Of a stretch of DNA of 64,000 bases, positions 32,167-41,004 are shown piece after piece. This DNA is from an uncultured Chloroflexota bacterium (GTDB taxonomy: Bacteria > Chloroflexota > Limnocylindria > Limnocylindrales > CSP1-4). Every line of letters begins with the position of its first letter. Position 1 is the first letter of the stretch. The notes below the pieces were generated by a model, which was given only the letters and a program-made list of their open reading frames with translations, ran no database searches and was not told the DNA's origin. Location: positions 7,130-71,129 of the forward strand of contig CAIJPD010000059.1 of NCBI GenBank assembly GCA_903822495.1. Direction: 5' to 3'. Position numbers and translations under genes: made by a program.

Positions 32167-33831
32167 GTGGCCCGCGACGCCGATCGAGTGGGCAATCTCG
32201 TTCATGGCGGAGAGCGGCGACCGCTGGCCGCGGGGCGGTCGCTCTTCGACGAGGCCGTGGCGTCGGCGCTGGCCGTCCCTGCCTCCTGCCGGCGGACCGG
32301 GCGCTGCCGCGAGTGCCTGGTCCGGGTGGTCCGCGGCGACGCCCAGCTCTCGCCGCGAGCGCCCGCCGAGGCGTTCCTCCCGCATGGCTACCGGCTCGCG
32401 TGCCAGGCGATCGTGGACCGGACCGACGGCGACATCGAGTTCGCCGTCCTGCGCCGACGGCTGCGGATCCTGGCGGCGGATGGGTCGGAGCCGGCCGACG
32501 GGCTGGGGCTGGACCCGGTGGTCCGGCGGAGCGGCGATCGGGTGCGCTACCGGGACGAGGACCTGGGCCCCGCCGCCGGCCGGCTGCTCGGCGTCGCGCT
32601 CGACATCGGGACCACGACCGTCGTCTTCGAGCTGATCGACCTCGAGTCGGGGCGGCCGCTGCACGCCGCGGCCTTCGAGAACCCCCAGCGCTTCGGGGGC
32701 AGCGACGTGATGGCCCGGATCGGCTACGACGCCGAGCACCCCGGCGAGCTCCGACGGGCCCTGCGCCGGGAGCTCAATCGCGAGCTCCAGTCGGCCTACC
32801 GCGCGCTCCGGATCGACCGGCACGAGGTGCTGGAGGCCGTCGTGGTGGGCAATCCCACCATGCGTGACCTGTTCTTCGGGCTGGACGTGGGACCGCTGGG
32901 GCGCTGGCCGTTCCGCTCGGTCACGGAGACGGAGGTGCGGCGCGGCCTCCGGCCGACGACCGGCCTGCTCCGGCGGGCGCACGAGTTGGGCGTCCTGATG
33001 CATCCCCAGGGCAGGGTCGTGAGCGTCCCGATCGTCGCCGCGCACGTCGGCGCCGACACGGCGGCGGACCTCGTCGCGACGGACTTCGCGGCCCAGGCGG
33101 GGCTGTCCCTCCTGATCGACATCGGGACCAACTCCGAGATCGTCATCGGAGGGGGCGACCGGGTCCTCGCCGCCTCGAGCCCCGCGGGCCCGGCCTTCGA
33201 GGGCGGCGGGGTGCGCTACGGCATGGCCGGCGCGGACGGCGCCATCGAGTCCGTGCGCTGGGCCGGCGACCACTTCGCCTGGCGGACCATCGGCGACGAG
33301 CCTCCGCAGGGGATCTGCGGATCCGGCCTCGTCGATCTGCTGGCCGAGGCGGCCCGGGCGGGCCTGATCCGGGCGGATTCCAGCTTCGCCGGCGGGCGCC
33401 GGGTCATCGAGGTGGCGCCCGAGCAACGCGTCGACCTCAGCCGCGCCGACGTGAGCACGCTGGCCCAGGCCAAGGCGGCGAACGTCGCCGGCCAGCGGAT
33501 CCTGATGCGTCGCCTGGGCGTCACGCCGGGCGACATCGACCGCGTCTTCCTGGCCGGCGCCTTCGCCAACGCGCTCGACGCCGCCAACGCCATGGCGATC
33601 GGCCTGATCCCGCCCGTCCCGCTGGAGCGCGTCCTCCGCGTGGGCAATGCCGCGCTGCTCGGGGCCCGGGCGCTCCTCCTCTCCGACGAGCGCCGTCGGC
33701 GGCTGGACGCCCTCGTCGGGCGGATCGAGCACGTCGAGCTGGAGCTGGAGCCGGACTTCTTCGAGCTGTTCGTCGACGGCTGCCGGTTCGAGCCGGAGCC
33801 GCCCGGCACCGCGGGCCGGTCCGCCCCATAG
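32167..33831 (+). CDS. ASKHA/RACo-type reductive activator of corrinoid proteins with N-terminal 2Fe-2S domain
   Basis: C-RTG-C-EC...RLACQ; DIGTTT, NPQ--GSDV-RI, DIGTNSE, GPAFEG, GICGSG, LAGAF, GNAAL-GA. Confidence 0.9.
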   Translation: MARDADRVGNLVHGGERRPLAAGRSLFDEAVASALAVPASCRRTGRCRECLVRVVRGDAQLSPRAPAEAFLPHGYRLACQAIVDRTDGDIEFAVLRRRLRILAADGSEPADGLGLDPVVRRSGDRVRYRDEDLGPAAGRLLGVALDIGTTTVVFELIDLESGRPLHAAAFENPQRFGGSDVMARIGYDAEHPGELRRALRRELNRELQSAYRALRIDRHEVLEAVVVGNPTMRDLFFGLDVGPLGRWPFRSVTETEVRRGLRPTTGLLRRAHELGVLMHPQGRVVSVPIVAAHVGADTAADLVATDFAAQAGLSLLIDIGTNSEIVIGGGDRVLAASSPAGPAFEGGGVRYGMAGADGAIESVRWAGDHFAWRTIGDEPPQGICGSGLVDLLAEAARAGLIRADSSFAGGRRVIEVAPEQRVDLSRADVSTLAQAKAANVAGQRILMRRLGVTPGDIDRVFLAGAFANALDAANAMAIGLIPPVPLERVLRVGNAALLGARALLLSDERRRRLDALVGRIEHVELELEPDFFELFVDGCRFEPEPPGTAGRSAP

Positions 33832-33908
33832 CGCGGGTGGCATGATAGGCGCGGCCATTCCCGATCTCGCGGCTTGGGCCGGTGATCGATCGCATCGAGG
33901 GGGGCGCC

Positions 33909-34553
33909 ATGGCGGATCTCGACGGCTTGGCGGCGGCAATTGAGGCGGGCGACCGAGGATCGGCCACGGGGCTGACCCGGGAGGCCCTCGACGAAGGGCT
34001 GGATCCCAAGGGCATCCTGGCGGTGATGACGGCCTCGATGCGTCGCGTCGGCGACCGGTTCCAGCGGAACGAGATCTACATCCCGGAGATGCTCATCGCC
34101 GCCCGCGCGATGAAGGAGGCCACGGTCATCCTGGAGCCCCACCTGTCGAAGGCCGGCGTCAGGCCGGCGTTCACCGCCGTCATCGGGACGGTGCAGGGGG
34201 ACCTCCACGACATCGGCAAGAGCCTGGTCGGGATGATGTGGAAGGGCGCGGCCATCGAGGTGATCGACCTCGGCACGAACGTCGCCCCCGAGCGGTTCGT
34301 GGCGGCCGCGCGGGAGCACGACGCCAGGGTGATCGGCCTGAGCGCGCTCCTGACGACGACGATGGTGGGCATGCGGGACGTCGTGGCGGCCGTTCGCGCG
34401 GCCGATCTCGTCGACGTCAAGGTCATCGTCGGCGGGGCGCCGGTGACCGCGGAGTTCGCCTCGCAGATCGGTGCCGACGGCTACGCGCCGGATGCCGCCG
34501 CCGCCGTCGAAGCGGTCAAGGCGCTCGTGGGCCTGGCCGACTCCGCCGGTTAG
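33909..34553 (+). CDS. Corrinoid (B12-binding) protein, MtaC/MtbC/MttC-like
   Basis: Four-helix cap (VG-RF--NEIYIPEML) and DLHDIGK B12-binding motif, SALLTTTM, GGAPV. Confidence 0.93.
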   Translation: MADLDGLAAAIEAGDRGSATGLTREALDEGLDPKGILAVMTASMRRVGDRFQRNEIYIPEMLIAARAMKEATVILEPHLSKAGVRPAFTAVIGTVQGDLHDIGKSLVGMMWKGAAIEVIDLGTNVAPERFVAAAREHDARVIGLSALLTTTMVGMRDVVAAVRAADLVDVKVIVGGAPVTAEFASQIGADGYAPDAAAAVEAVKALVGLADSAG

Positions 34554-34674
34554 GCGAGGTTTCGCGGAGCCCTCGTCGCGGGGGCGCGCCCGGCAGGCCC
34601 GCGCCCTTCCCTGGGCAGCCACCCGGTGAACGCCGACTCAGGCTCTGGACGCGGCAAGTTCGCGGCTCTTGTGG

Positions 34675-35151
34675 TTACGGGGCGTCGCATCTCGCCTGGA
34701 TGAGCCGCTGGCAGAGGCTCCCGATCTGCGTCCGCTCGTCGGCGGCCAGGGGCGACCAGAAGAGCTGCTCGACGAGGGCAAGGTGCCGGGGAGCCGCCTC
34801 GTCGAGGATCGTGTGGCCCGCGGCGGCGAGGGTCACCGTCACCTCGGTCGGCGAGCGACGGCTCCGGGTGACGAACCGGCGGGCCTCCAGGCGGCTCACC
34901 ATGCGTGTCAGCGCGCTGGGGCTCCGGGAGACGGCCCGTGCCAGGTCCGCCACCCGCATCGTCTGGTCGGGCGCGTTGAGCAGGCGGACGAGCGCGTCGA
35001 AGTCGGTGAAGCCGATCTGGAGGTGCTCCTGCAGGTCCGCGTCGAGCACCGCGATGAGCTCGACGGCGGCCTTGCGGAAGGCGAGCCAGGAGAAGCGGTC
35101 CGTCTCAGGGATCGCCTCCCACGTGCTCTGGGCGCGGCTTCGGTTGCTCAC
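34675..35151 (-). CDS. MarR-family transcriptional regulator
   Basis: MRVADLARAVSRSPSALTRMVSRLE-R-FV-R winged helix; start (GTG 35151) inferred. Confidence 0.85.
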   Translation of the reverse strand: MSNRSRAQSTWEAIPETDRFSWLAFRKAAVELIAVLDADLQEHLQIGFTDFDALVRLLNAPDQTMRVADLARAVSRSPSALTRMVSRLEARRFVTRSRRSPTEVTVTLAAAGHTILDEAAPRHLALVEQLFWSPLAADERTQIGSLCQRLIQARCDAP

Positions 35152-35160
35152 GAGATTCAG

Positions 35161-35204
35161 TATTGCATGTGCAACAGGTGCGGCGCTATATTGCACATGC
35201 AATA
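35161..35204. promoter_or_regulatory. Two copies of palindrome TATTGCA-NN-TGCAA(T/C)A (candidate MarR operators)
   Basis: TATTGCATGTGCAACA (35161-35176) and TATTGCACATGCAATA (35189-35204) in the AT-rich divergent spacer. Confidence 0.65.
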
Positions 35205-35227
35205 CCAAAGCCTTTGAGGAGTCAGCC

Positions 35228-35665
35228 ATGTCCCCCCAGCAGTTCTGGCAGCGCGCGGGTCTGGCGATCGCCGCCGCCGTCATCGTCAACCTCGCCGTCT
35301 ATCTCGTCGCGAAGGCGGCAGGCGTCGAGATCCTCGTGCCCATGGGCGCCTCGCCGGTCCCGCTCGAGGCGGGGCTGGTCGTCGCATTCACGGTCATCCC
35401 CCTCGTCCTCGCCGCCGTGCTGCTCCTGGTCCTCCGCCGTGTTGGCGTGGCCAGCCCCGCCGTCTTCGCCGGGGCGGCAGCCGTGGTGCTGCTGCTCTCC
35501 CTCTCGGCTCCCCTGAGCGGCGACCTCGCCGTGTCGAACAAGCTCGTGCTGGCCTCGATGCACGCCGTGGCAGGCCTCGCGGCCCTGGCCGGCCTGGCCC
35601 CGCTGTTTCGAGGCCTTCGCGTCGGCGCGCCCCGCTCCGCCGCCGGCGTCTCGGCCGGCGCCTGA
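35228..35665 (+). CDS. DUF6069-like small membrane protein
   Basis: Four TMs; LLLSL--P...L-SMHAVA motif; GAGGAG RBS. Confidence 0.7.
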   Translation: MSPQQFWQRAGLAIAAAVIVNLAVYLVAKAAGVEILVPMGASPVPLEAGLVVAFTVIPLVLAAVLLLVLRRVGVASPAVFAGAAAVVLLLSLSAPLSGDLAVSNKLVLASMHAVAGLAALAGLAPLFRGLRVGAPRSAAGVSAGA

Positions 35666-35695
35666 TCGCACGGCACCCCACCCACAGGAGACCCC

Positions 35696-36094
35696 ATGAC
35701 CACTTCCGTCCCCGATGCCATGCGCGACCTGTTCGACGAGCCGGCGCTGGCGCACGTCTCGTATCTCAACGACGCGGGCCAGATCGTGACCTTCCCGATG
35801 TGGGTGGACTTCGACGGCACAAACCTCACCGTTGGCTCGCCCGTCGGCTCGCGAAAGGGCCAGGCCGTCCGCCAGCGTCCACAGGTGGCCGTGTCGATCG
35901 TCAGCACGAAGACCCCGTGGCACTGGCTCACGGTCAGCGGCCGGGTCGTCGCCATCCAGCCCGACGAGGACCTCGCCTGGATCGACCGCATGTCGCTCAA
36001 GTACGTGGGGCAGCCCTACCAGCGGCGCAGCCCCCGGGAGGTCTTCACGATCGAGATCGACCGGGTCGGGCACTCCGGCACGTGGGGCGGCTGA
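35696..36094 (+). CDS. PPOX-class (probably F420-dependent) oxidoreductase
   Basis: PMWVDFDG, GSRK------PQVAVSIV, W-TVSG-V, YVGQPY. Confidence 0.85.
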   Translation: MTTSVPDAMRDLFDEPALAHVSYLNDAGQIVTFPMWVDFDGTNLTVGSPVGSRKGQAVRQRPQVAVSIVSTKTPWHWLTVSGRVVAIQPDEDLAWIDRMSLKYVGQPYQRRSPREVFTIEIDRVGHSGTWGG

Positions 36095-36108
36095 CTCGGA
36101 TGTCGTCA

Positions 36109-36648
36109 ATGACAGACCCCCAGCCGACCCGTGAGCTCCTTCGCACGATGCGGCGGGTGCGCTCCGTGCGCGCCTTCCGCCCCGACTCCGTTCCCGACGA
36201 GTTGATCACCGAGATCCTCGAGGTCGCGCGCTGGACGGGCAGCGGCTCCAACCGCCAGCCCTGGACGTTTGTCGTGGTGCGCGATCCGGCGACGCTGGGC
36301 GCGATTGCCGCGGCGTCGCCGAACGTCCGGCACGTGGCCGGGGCCGCCGCCGCCCTCGTCATCGTCATGGACGGCGGCATGCCCGAGATCGAGACGTTCG
36401 ACGAAGGGCGCCTCGCGGAACGGATCCTGGTCGCGGCCACCGCCCTGGGCCTGGCCTCGGCCATCGGCTGGATCGTGCCCGCCGGGGCCGCACCGGTCGC
36501 CGCGCTCCTCGGCGTCCCGGAAGGCCGGCGAGCCCGGACCCTCGTCTCGCTGGGCTACCCAACGGAGGAGGGAGCCAAGCCGAAGTCCGTCCCTGGCGCG
36601 GCGCGACGACCCCTCGCGGAACTGGTGCGTTTCGAGCGGTTCTCCTAG
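36109..36648 (+). CDS. Nitroreductase family protein
   Basis: RSVRAF-PD-VP, ARWTGSGSNRQPW-FVVV, LGLAS, VSLGYP; alternative start 36100. Confidence 0.9.
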   Translation: MTDPQPTRELLRTMRRVRSVRAFRPDSVPDELITEILEVARWTGSGSNRQPWTFVVVRDPATLGAIAAASPNVRHVAGAAAALVIVMDGGMPEIETFDEGRLAERILVAATALGLASAIGWIVPAGAAPVAALLGVPEGRRARTLVSLGYPTEEGAKPKSVPGAARRPLAELVRFERFS

Positions 36649-36798
36649 GGTCCGCCTTGGGTGTCGCCACCTGCCGCCATCAGCAGGTCGCCGCGTCGGC
36701 GCGGCTGCGGCGCTCACGATCGACTTGCCGAGGGCCTACCCCATCCCGGCGACGGGACTGCCAGAAGCGTGAGCGCGGCCGTGGCGAGGGGGAACCAG

Positions 36799-36822
36799 TG
36801 GCGCCCCCGGACGGATTCGAAC
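36799..36822 (-). mobile_element. tRNA-3'-end-like fragment, candidate distal att site
   Basis: Minus strand GTTCGAATCCGTCCGGGGGCGCCA matches the tRNA-Arg 3' end GTTCGAGTCCCTCCGGGCGCGCCA at 21/24 nt, in the same orientation; similarity stops at the T-loop. Confidence 0.65.
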
Positions 36823-37009
36823 ACGCTCCGCCAACCGCGGTGGTCAAGGGCACGGCCGAGTTCGCGGAGGCGCTTCGCGCCACTTGAACAACTGGCTGGG
36901 CGTGGCGGGTCGCGGGTTGCGGCAAGCACGGACACCGCGAGGCGTACGATCCAGTCAGGCGCCCCGCCGGGGATGGCCGCCGCACCGGAACCATGGAGCC
37001 GCAGGCAAG

Positions 37010-37294
37010 GTGGGCTACCTCCGCTTCCGCCGCCGGGTCCGCCTGGCGCCCGGCATGTACATGAACCTCGGCAAGGGCTCCCTGTCGCTGTCGGTCGGCG
37101 GTCGGGGTCACTGGATCACGTCGGGGACACGCGGGCGCCAGGCCACGGTCGGGATCCCGGGGACCGGGCTCTCGTACACCAGCCGAAGCCACCCGCAACC
37201 GGCCGCCCCTGCGAAGGCGACCGGGACGTCCGCTGGCTGCCTCGGCTGGCTGGTGATCGCCGTCGTGCTCTGGGCGCTGTTCGCCCCGAAGTAG
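37010..37294 (+). CDS. DUF4236 domain protein
   Basis: LRFRRRVRLAPG--MNLGKGSLSLSVG...T-GIPGTGLSY; C-terminal TM. Confidence 0.85.
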   Translation: MGYLRFRRRVRLAPGMYMNLGKGSLSLSVGGRGHWITSGTRGRQATVGIPGTGLSYTSRSHPQPAAPAKATGTSAGCLGWLVIAVVLWALFAPK

Positions 37295-37325
37295 GTCCCG
37301 AGGGCCTGCGGCAGATGCGGGCTCG

Positions 37326-38177
37326 TCAGATGAGACGCGGGCTCCGACGCCCGGCCTGGCGGAGCCCGGCTGCCTCGAGCGCCCGGCGAACGCCGCGTTC
37401 GATCGCCGACGCCACACGGTCGAAGTCGGGGAGCGGCTCGCCGGTGGCCTCGTCGCAGTACAGGCCGCGCCGCGTCTCGAGCATCACGGAGGCGACCCGA
37501 CGGTCCCGCCCGTACCAGCGCAGCGGGACGAGGGAACCCGCGAAGGGTCGGTCGCGCTCGACGGCGAAGCCCTCGGCCGAGAACGACTCGCGGAGCGCCT
37601 CGGTCAGTGCGGCGGGCGTGTGCACGGCGTCGGTCCCCAGGCAGATGTCGGGTCGCCCGGGGCGCTGGTCCGCCTCCGACGGGAGCGGGTGCGTGGCGAA
37701 GGAGTGGCAGTCCAGGACCAGGCAGCGACCGAAGGTCTCGAGCGTCTCGGCGACCAGGGCGGTCAATGCCGCGTGATACGGGACGAAGTAGCGGTCGATC
37801 AGGGCCTGCCGGCCGACGGCGTCGAGCGCGCGGAGCGGCCTCCCGTCGGTCGTCCGGGTGTACACCGCGCCCTGGCCCACGCGAGCCATCGGCTCGTCCG
37901 CGTCGTCGGCGAAGCGCTCGGGGTCGATCACCAGTCGCGAGAGCCCGTTGACGAGCAGGGACGCCCCCAGGTCGGCCGTCCAGCCGTACAACCGGTCCGT
38001 GTGCCAGTCGGTCAGGCTGACCAACTCGCGGGAGAGGTCGGCGTCGTCCAACAGGAGCCGGGCCCGAACCTCGGGCGGGATGCGCGTCGACGAGTGCGGC
38101 ACGTGTGCCACGATCGGTCGACGCCCGACCGATGGCGTGTTGATCCGGAACCCTGCCGGCTCAACCCCGGCTGCCAT
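37326..38177 (-). CDS. N-formylglutamate amidohydrolase family protein
   Basis: HVPHSS, TDWHTD-LY, SRLVIDPERF, YF-PYH, DCHSF, RPDICLG, N/RPFAG, MLE-RR-LY. Confidence 0.88.
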   Translation of the reverse strand: MAAGVEPAGFRINTPSVGRRPIVAHVPHSSTRIPPEVRARLLLDDADLSRELVSLTDWHTDRLYGWTADLGASLLVNGLSRLVIDPERFADDADEPMARVGQGAVYTRTTDGRPLRALDAVGRQALIDRYFVPYHAALTALVAETLETFGRCLVLDCHSFATHPLPSEADQRPGRPDICLGTDAVHTPAALTEALRESFSAEGFAVERDRPFAGSLVPLRWYGRDRRVASVMLETRRGLYCDEATGEPLPDFDRVASAIERGVRRALEAAGLRQAGRRSPRLI

Positions 38178-38304
38178 GGCTACCTACCCTGCGCCGGACT
38201 TCGAGGCAACGTTGCTTCGCGAGCGCCGGCTCAAGTGGACGGTAGCTTGGTCGGGATGCCTCGCGCGCACACCTGCTCGGGCGTGAGCTTGTCGGCGTCG
38301 CGGG

Positions 38305-38646
38305 TCACGGCATCTCGTTGCCCATCGTCACGATGGCGTTGGGGTGGGCCGCGATGTCGCGCACGAGCTCGGCCCGGAAGGCCAGCACGTCGTCGCTCAT
38401 CGGGGCGAACTGCGAAGCTTCGGGCGGGATGTGGAGGAGGACCTCCTTGAGGAGCTGGGCCGCGCCGTCGGCGCCCAGGCCGGCGTTCGGCGGGAACGGA
38501 TACGGCCACGGGTCGCGCGGTGGCCAGGTGGCCGGGTCGAGCGGGTTGGCCCACTCCCCGGGCTTGGGCAGAACCCACTCCGCGGCGGGGGTGGCGGGGG
38601 GTTCGCCGGTGTCGGTGGCGTCGGTGGTGTCGTTGGTGTCGAACAT
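38305..38646 (-). CDS. Hypothetical protein (113 aa)
   Basis: AGGAG RBS; Pro/Trp-rich but non-shadow composition. Confidence 0.6.
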   Translation of the reverse strand: MFDTNDTTDATDTGEPPATPAAEWVLPKPGEWANPLDPATWPPRDPWPYPFPPNAGLGADGAAQLLKEVLLHIPPEASQFAPMSDDVLAFRAELVRDIAAHPNAIVTMGNEMP

Positions 38647-38655
38647 GGCGCGCTC

Positions 38656-38883
38656 CTATGGGCGTTGGTCTACGACAGTCATATCCGCGGAGCCCGAACG
38701 GCCCCCTGGCTCGAGCGCCTTGTCGGTCGGAGGCGGGCCGCCCGTGATGGCCATGGCGGCCTCCCACGAGGCGTCGCCGTACGTGGCAACCCACGCGGGG
38801 TGCAGGCCGGCCTCAATCGACGCCCGCAGCGAGCGATCCTCAATCGACGCGATGAAGTCCTCCTGGCTCGCCCGGTCAGCCAC
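38656..38883 (-). CDS. Hypothetical small protein (75 aa)
   Basis: GGAGG RBS 6 nt upstream of a GTG that overlaps the HD gene stop. Confidence 0.5.
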   Translation of the reverse strand: MADRASQEDFIASIEDRSLRASIEAGLHPAWVATYGDASWEAAMAITGGPPPTDKALEPGGRSGSADMTVVDQRP

Positions 38884-39580
38884 CCGTGTCCTCCCTGTCG
38901 GCGCCAAGGTCCGCCAGCCGGTGCATCTCGCCCACCGTGCGCTCGAGTTCGTCGATGAGCTCGCGCACGGACCGTGGCTTCTGGTGCTGGTTCGCGCGGA
39001 AGCCGTCGACGAGCCCCGCGTAGTAGGCGAGGGTCTCCTCTCGCGGCCCGCTGAACTTCTCCCAGAGCTGCTCGCCGGACACCCGCAGGTCCTTCACGAT
39101 GGAGCGCGCGTTGTACAGCTTGTCCGACGCCGAGACCAGGACAATCGAGGGGCCGGCCGTCACAAGGTGCTCGAGGTAGGCCTCGTGGCGCGCTTCCCGC
39201 GGCGCCCTATTCCCGTCGTCCCCCGGTTCGCCATCCGTACAGCCGACGACGATGGCGAGGACCACCGGGCCGAACGAGACGACCGCCTCCCGGGCGACCC
39301 AGTTCGGGTGGACGTCCTCGAGCACGTCGTGGAGGAGCGCCGCGATGGCCTCGGGCTCGGTCGCCCCGTACTCGCAGGCGATGGAGCACACGCCGAGCGG
39401 GTGGCTGATGTACGGGATGGCCGTGCCCTTGCGCTCCTGGCCCGCGTGCAGCCGGGTGGCGACATCCAGGGCACGGAGCAACTCGGCCGACCCGCCCCAC
39501 AGGACGCGTGTCACCCCGGCGATGACCGCGGTTCCGGCCCATTCCGGAACGGCGTCAGGACTGGCGGCTGATGGCTGCAC
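38876..39580 (-). CDS. HD-domain protein resembling small alarmone hydrolases (SpoT-HD/Mesh1-like)
   Basis: H-GQ-RKG---PYISHP--V, AALLHDVLED, V-GCTD, LVS-SDKLYN; GGAGG before GTG 39580. Confidence 0.85.
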   Translation of the reverse strand: MQPSAASPDAVPEWAGTAVIAGVTRVLWGGSAELLRALDVATRLHAGQERKGTAIPYISHPLGVCSIACEYGATEPEAIAALLHDVLEDVHPNWVAREAVVSFGPVVLAIVVGCTDGEPGDDGNRAPREARHEAYLEHLVTAGPSIVLVSASDKLYNARSIVKDLRVSGEQLWEKFSGPREETLAYYAGLVDGFRANQHQKPRSVRELIDELERTVGEMHRLADLGADREDTGG

Positions 39581-39635
39581 GAGACCTCCAAGTGGTGGTT
39601 GGGATTGCGGTTGATGACGCTGGCCGTCGGGTCGG

Positions 39636-40035
39636 TCAGTCACCGACGCGGTTCCAGAACCCGATGGGAACACCGGCCTCCTTGAGGAACGAGCCCGGGT
39701 CCTTGCCGGGATGGGCGGCGGACCAGGACCGCATGGCGCGGAGCGGGTCCTCTCCCTCGCCTCCACCCAACGCAGCGACCGCCGTCGCGAGTGCGGCCGG
39801 GGCGACCGTCCAGCCCCACTCGTACTCGCGGTTGCCGGCCCCCAAAGAACCGCTCCACCTGCGCCCCCAGGTCCTGGCCGTCGATGACCACGCTCCCGTC
39901 AGCATCGCGGCGTGCATCGAGGCGACTCCGGGTGTCCGGGCCGCGCTCCTCGCGGAGCGAGACGTGGGCGAGCGGACCGGCATCGGGAAGAGCGCGGCGG
40001 TGCCTGGCCCCGGCGGTGCTGGGGTCAGTGGACAT
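39636..40035 (-). pseudogene. Conserved-looking hypothetical gene with +1 frameshift in a G5 run (39839-39843)
   Basis: ...VVIDGQDLGAQVERFFG in one frame continues as AGNREYEWGWTV... in another; removing one G restores a single ORF. Confidence 0.6.
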
Positions 40036-40360
40036 CGTGACCACCCTTCCTGCGCTGGCCGCCTGGGCTCCGGGCCTGCGCGGCGAGGTGCGGCGCCACG
40101 CGTTCGTCGTAGCGCTGGGCCAGGCCTCGGCCACCGGTACGCTCGGCGACGGCCAGGAGCTCGGTGGGCAGGCAGGCCGACGCCATCTGGAACTCCAGGC
40201 CAACGGCCCGGCCGTCCTCGACGCTGAAGTCCAGCGCCACGGCACCGGGGAAGTCCCGGTCATGCTCCAGCAGGAGTGTGGGTCCCAGTGGCTCCCCCGG
40301 CCGCGCCGGGCGCAGCGAGAGGTAGGCGACATCCGTGGTCGCGTCGTACGTGAGGCGCAT
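40025..40360 (-). CDS. DUF2283 domain protein
   Basis: MRLTYD---DVAYLSL...V-LDF...G--VGLE pattern. Confidence 0.8.
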   Translation of the reverse strand: MRLTYDATTDVAYLSLRPARPGEPLGPTLLLEHDRDFPGAVALDFSVEDGRAVGLEFQMASACLPTELLAVAERTGGRGLAQRYDERVAPHLAAQARSPGGQRRKGGHDVH

Positions 40361-40765
40361 GGTCGATCCCCCTGCGGTCGCCCCCGGGCGGGGGCTTGAT
40401 CGACCACGGGGCTCAGGGACCGGTGCGTCGGAGGGTCATCACGGGGCGAGTATGCGCCGGGGTTGTGCCAGCTCTGATGTCACACCGGACGAGCCGGTTC
40501 GCCCGAAATCCGGCTGCAGGTTCCGGCGCGCCCGGAGGGACGTGAGCCCGCACGGACGACAGCCCAACCCCCCGGCCGAGCGGGGTCTCCCGTCCCAGCC
40601 AGCGGGTCCAGGCTCCGCGGTCGATCGCTCGGCTCCAGCCGGGTGGCGGCTCACGTACGGATCAGCCGCAGGGTGACCCCCAAGATCGGCTGGACGACCC
40701 CCCCGATGATTGGCGACAGCCCGTTGAGCGCCCAGGCTCCGTTCATGCCACCGGGTCCGAACACG

Positions 40766-40920
40766 ATCCCGACGTACCGCCCGCGCGTGGTCGGTGCCCA
40801 GGTGACGCAGGCGCTCCAGGCCATCGGCGCCATGGCGATCGAGGGCTCACATGCCTGCGGCCAGACCGAGACGGCGCGACGTGCCGCCCGCAGCCCCCTC
40901 CGGATCGACCGGATGGGGCC
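40766..40920 (+). pseudogene. Degenerate N-terminal fragment of an AAA+ ATP-binding (DUF4143-associated-type) gene
   Basis: YRPRVVGAQVTQALQAIGAMAIEGSHACGQTETARRAARS-LRID resembles YRPR...IEGP(K/R)xCGKT-TAR with a broken Walker A. Confidence 0.5.
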
Positions 40921-41004
40921 CATGACGATGGCGGACGAACCCTGGAAGCGCGCCGCTGTGGTCCCTCCCCGCGCCGTCCGGCTGGAGACGCGGCGCTCGT
41001 GCTG

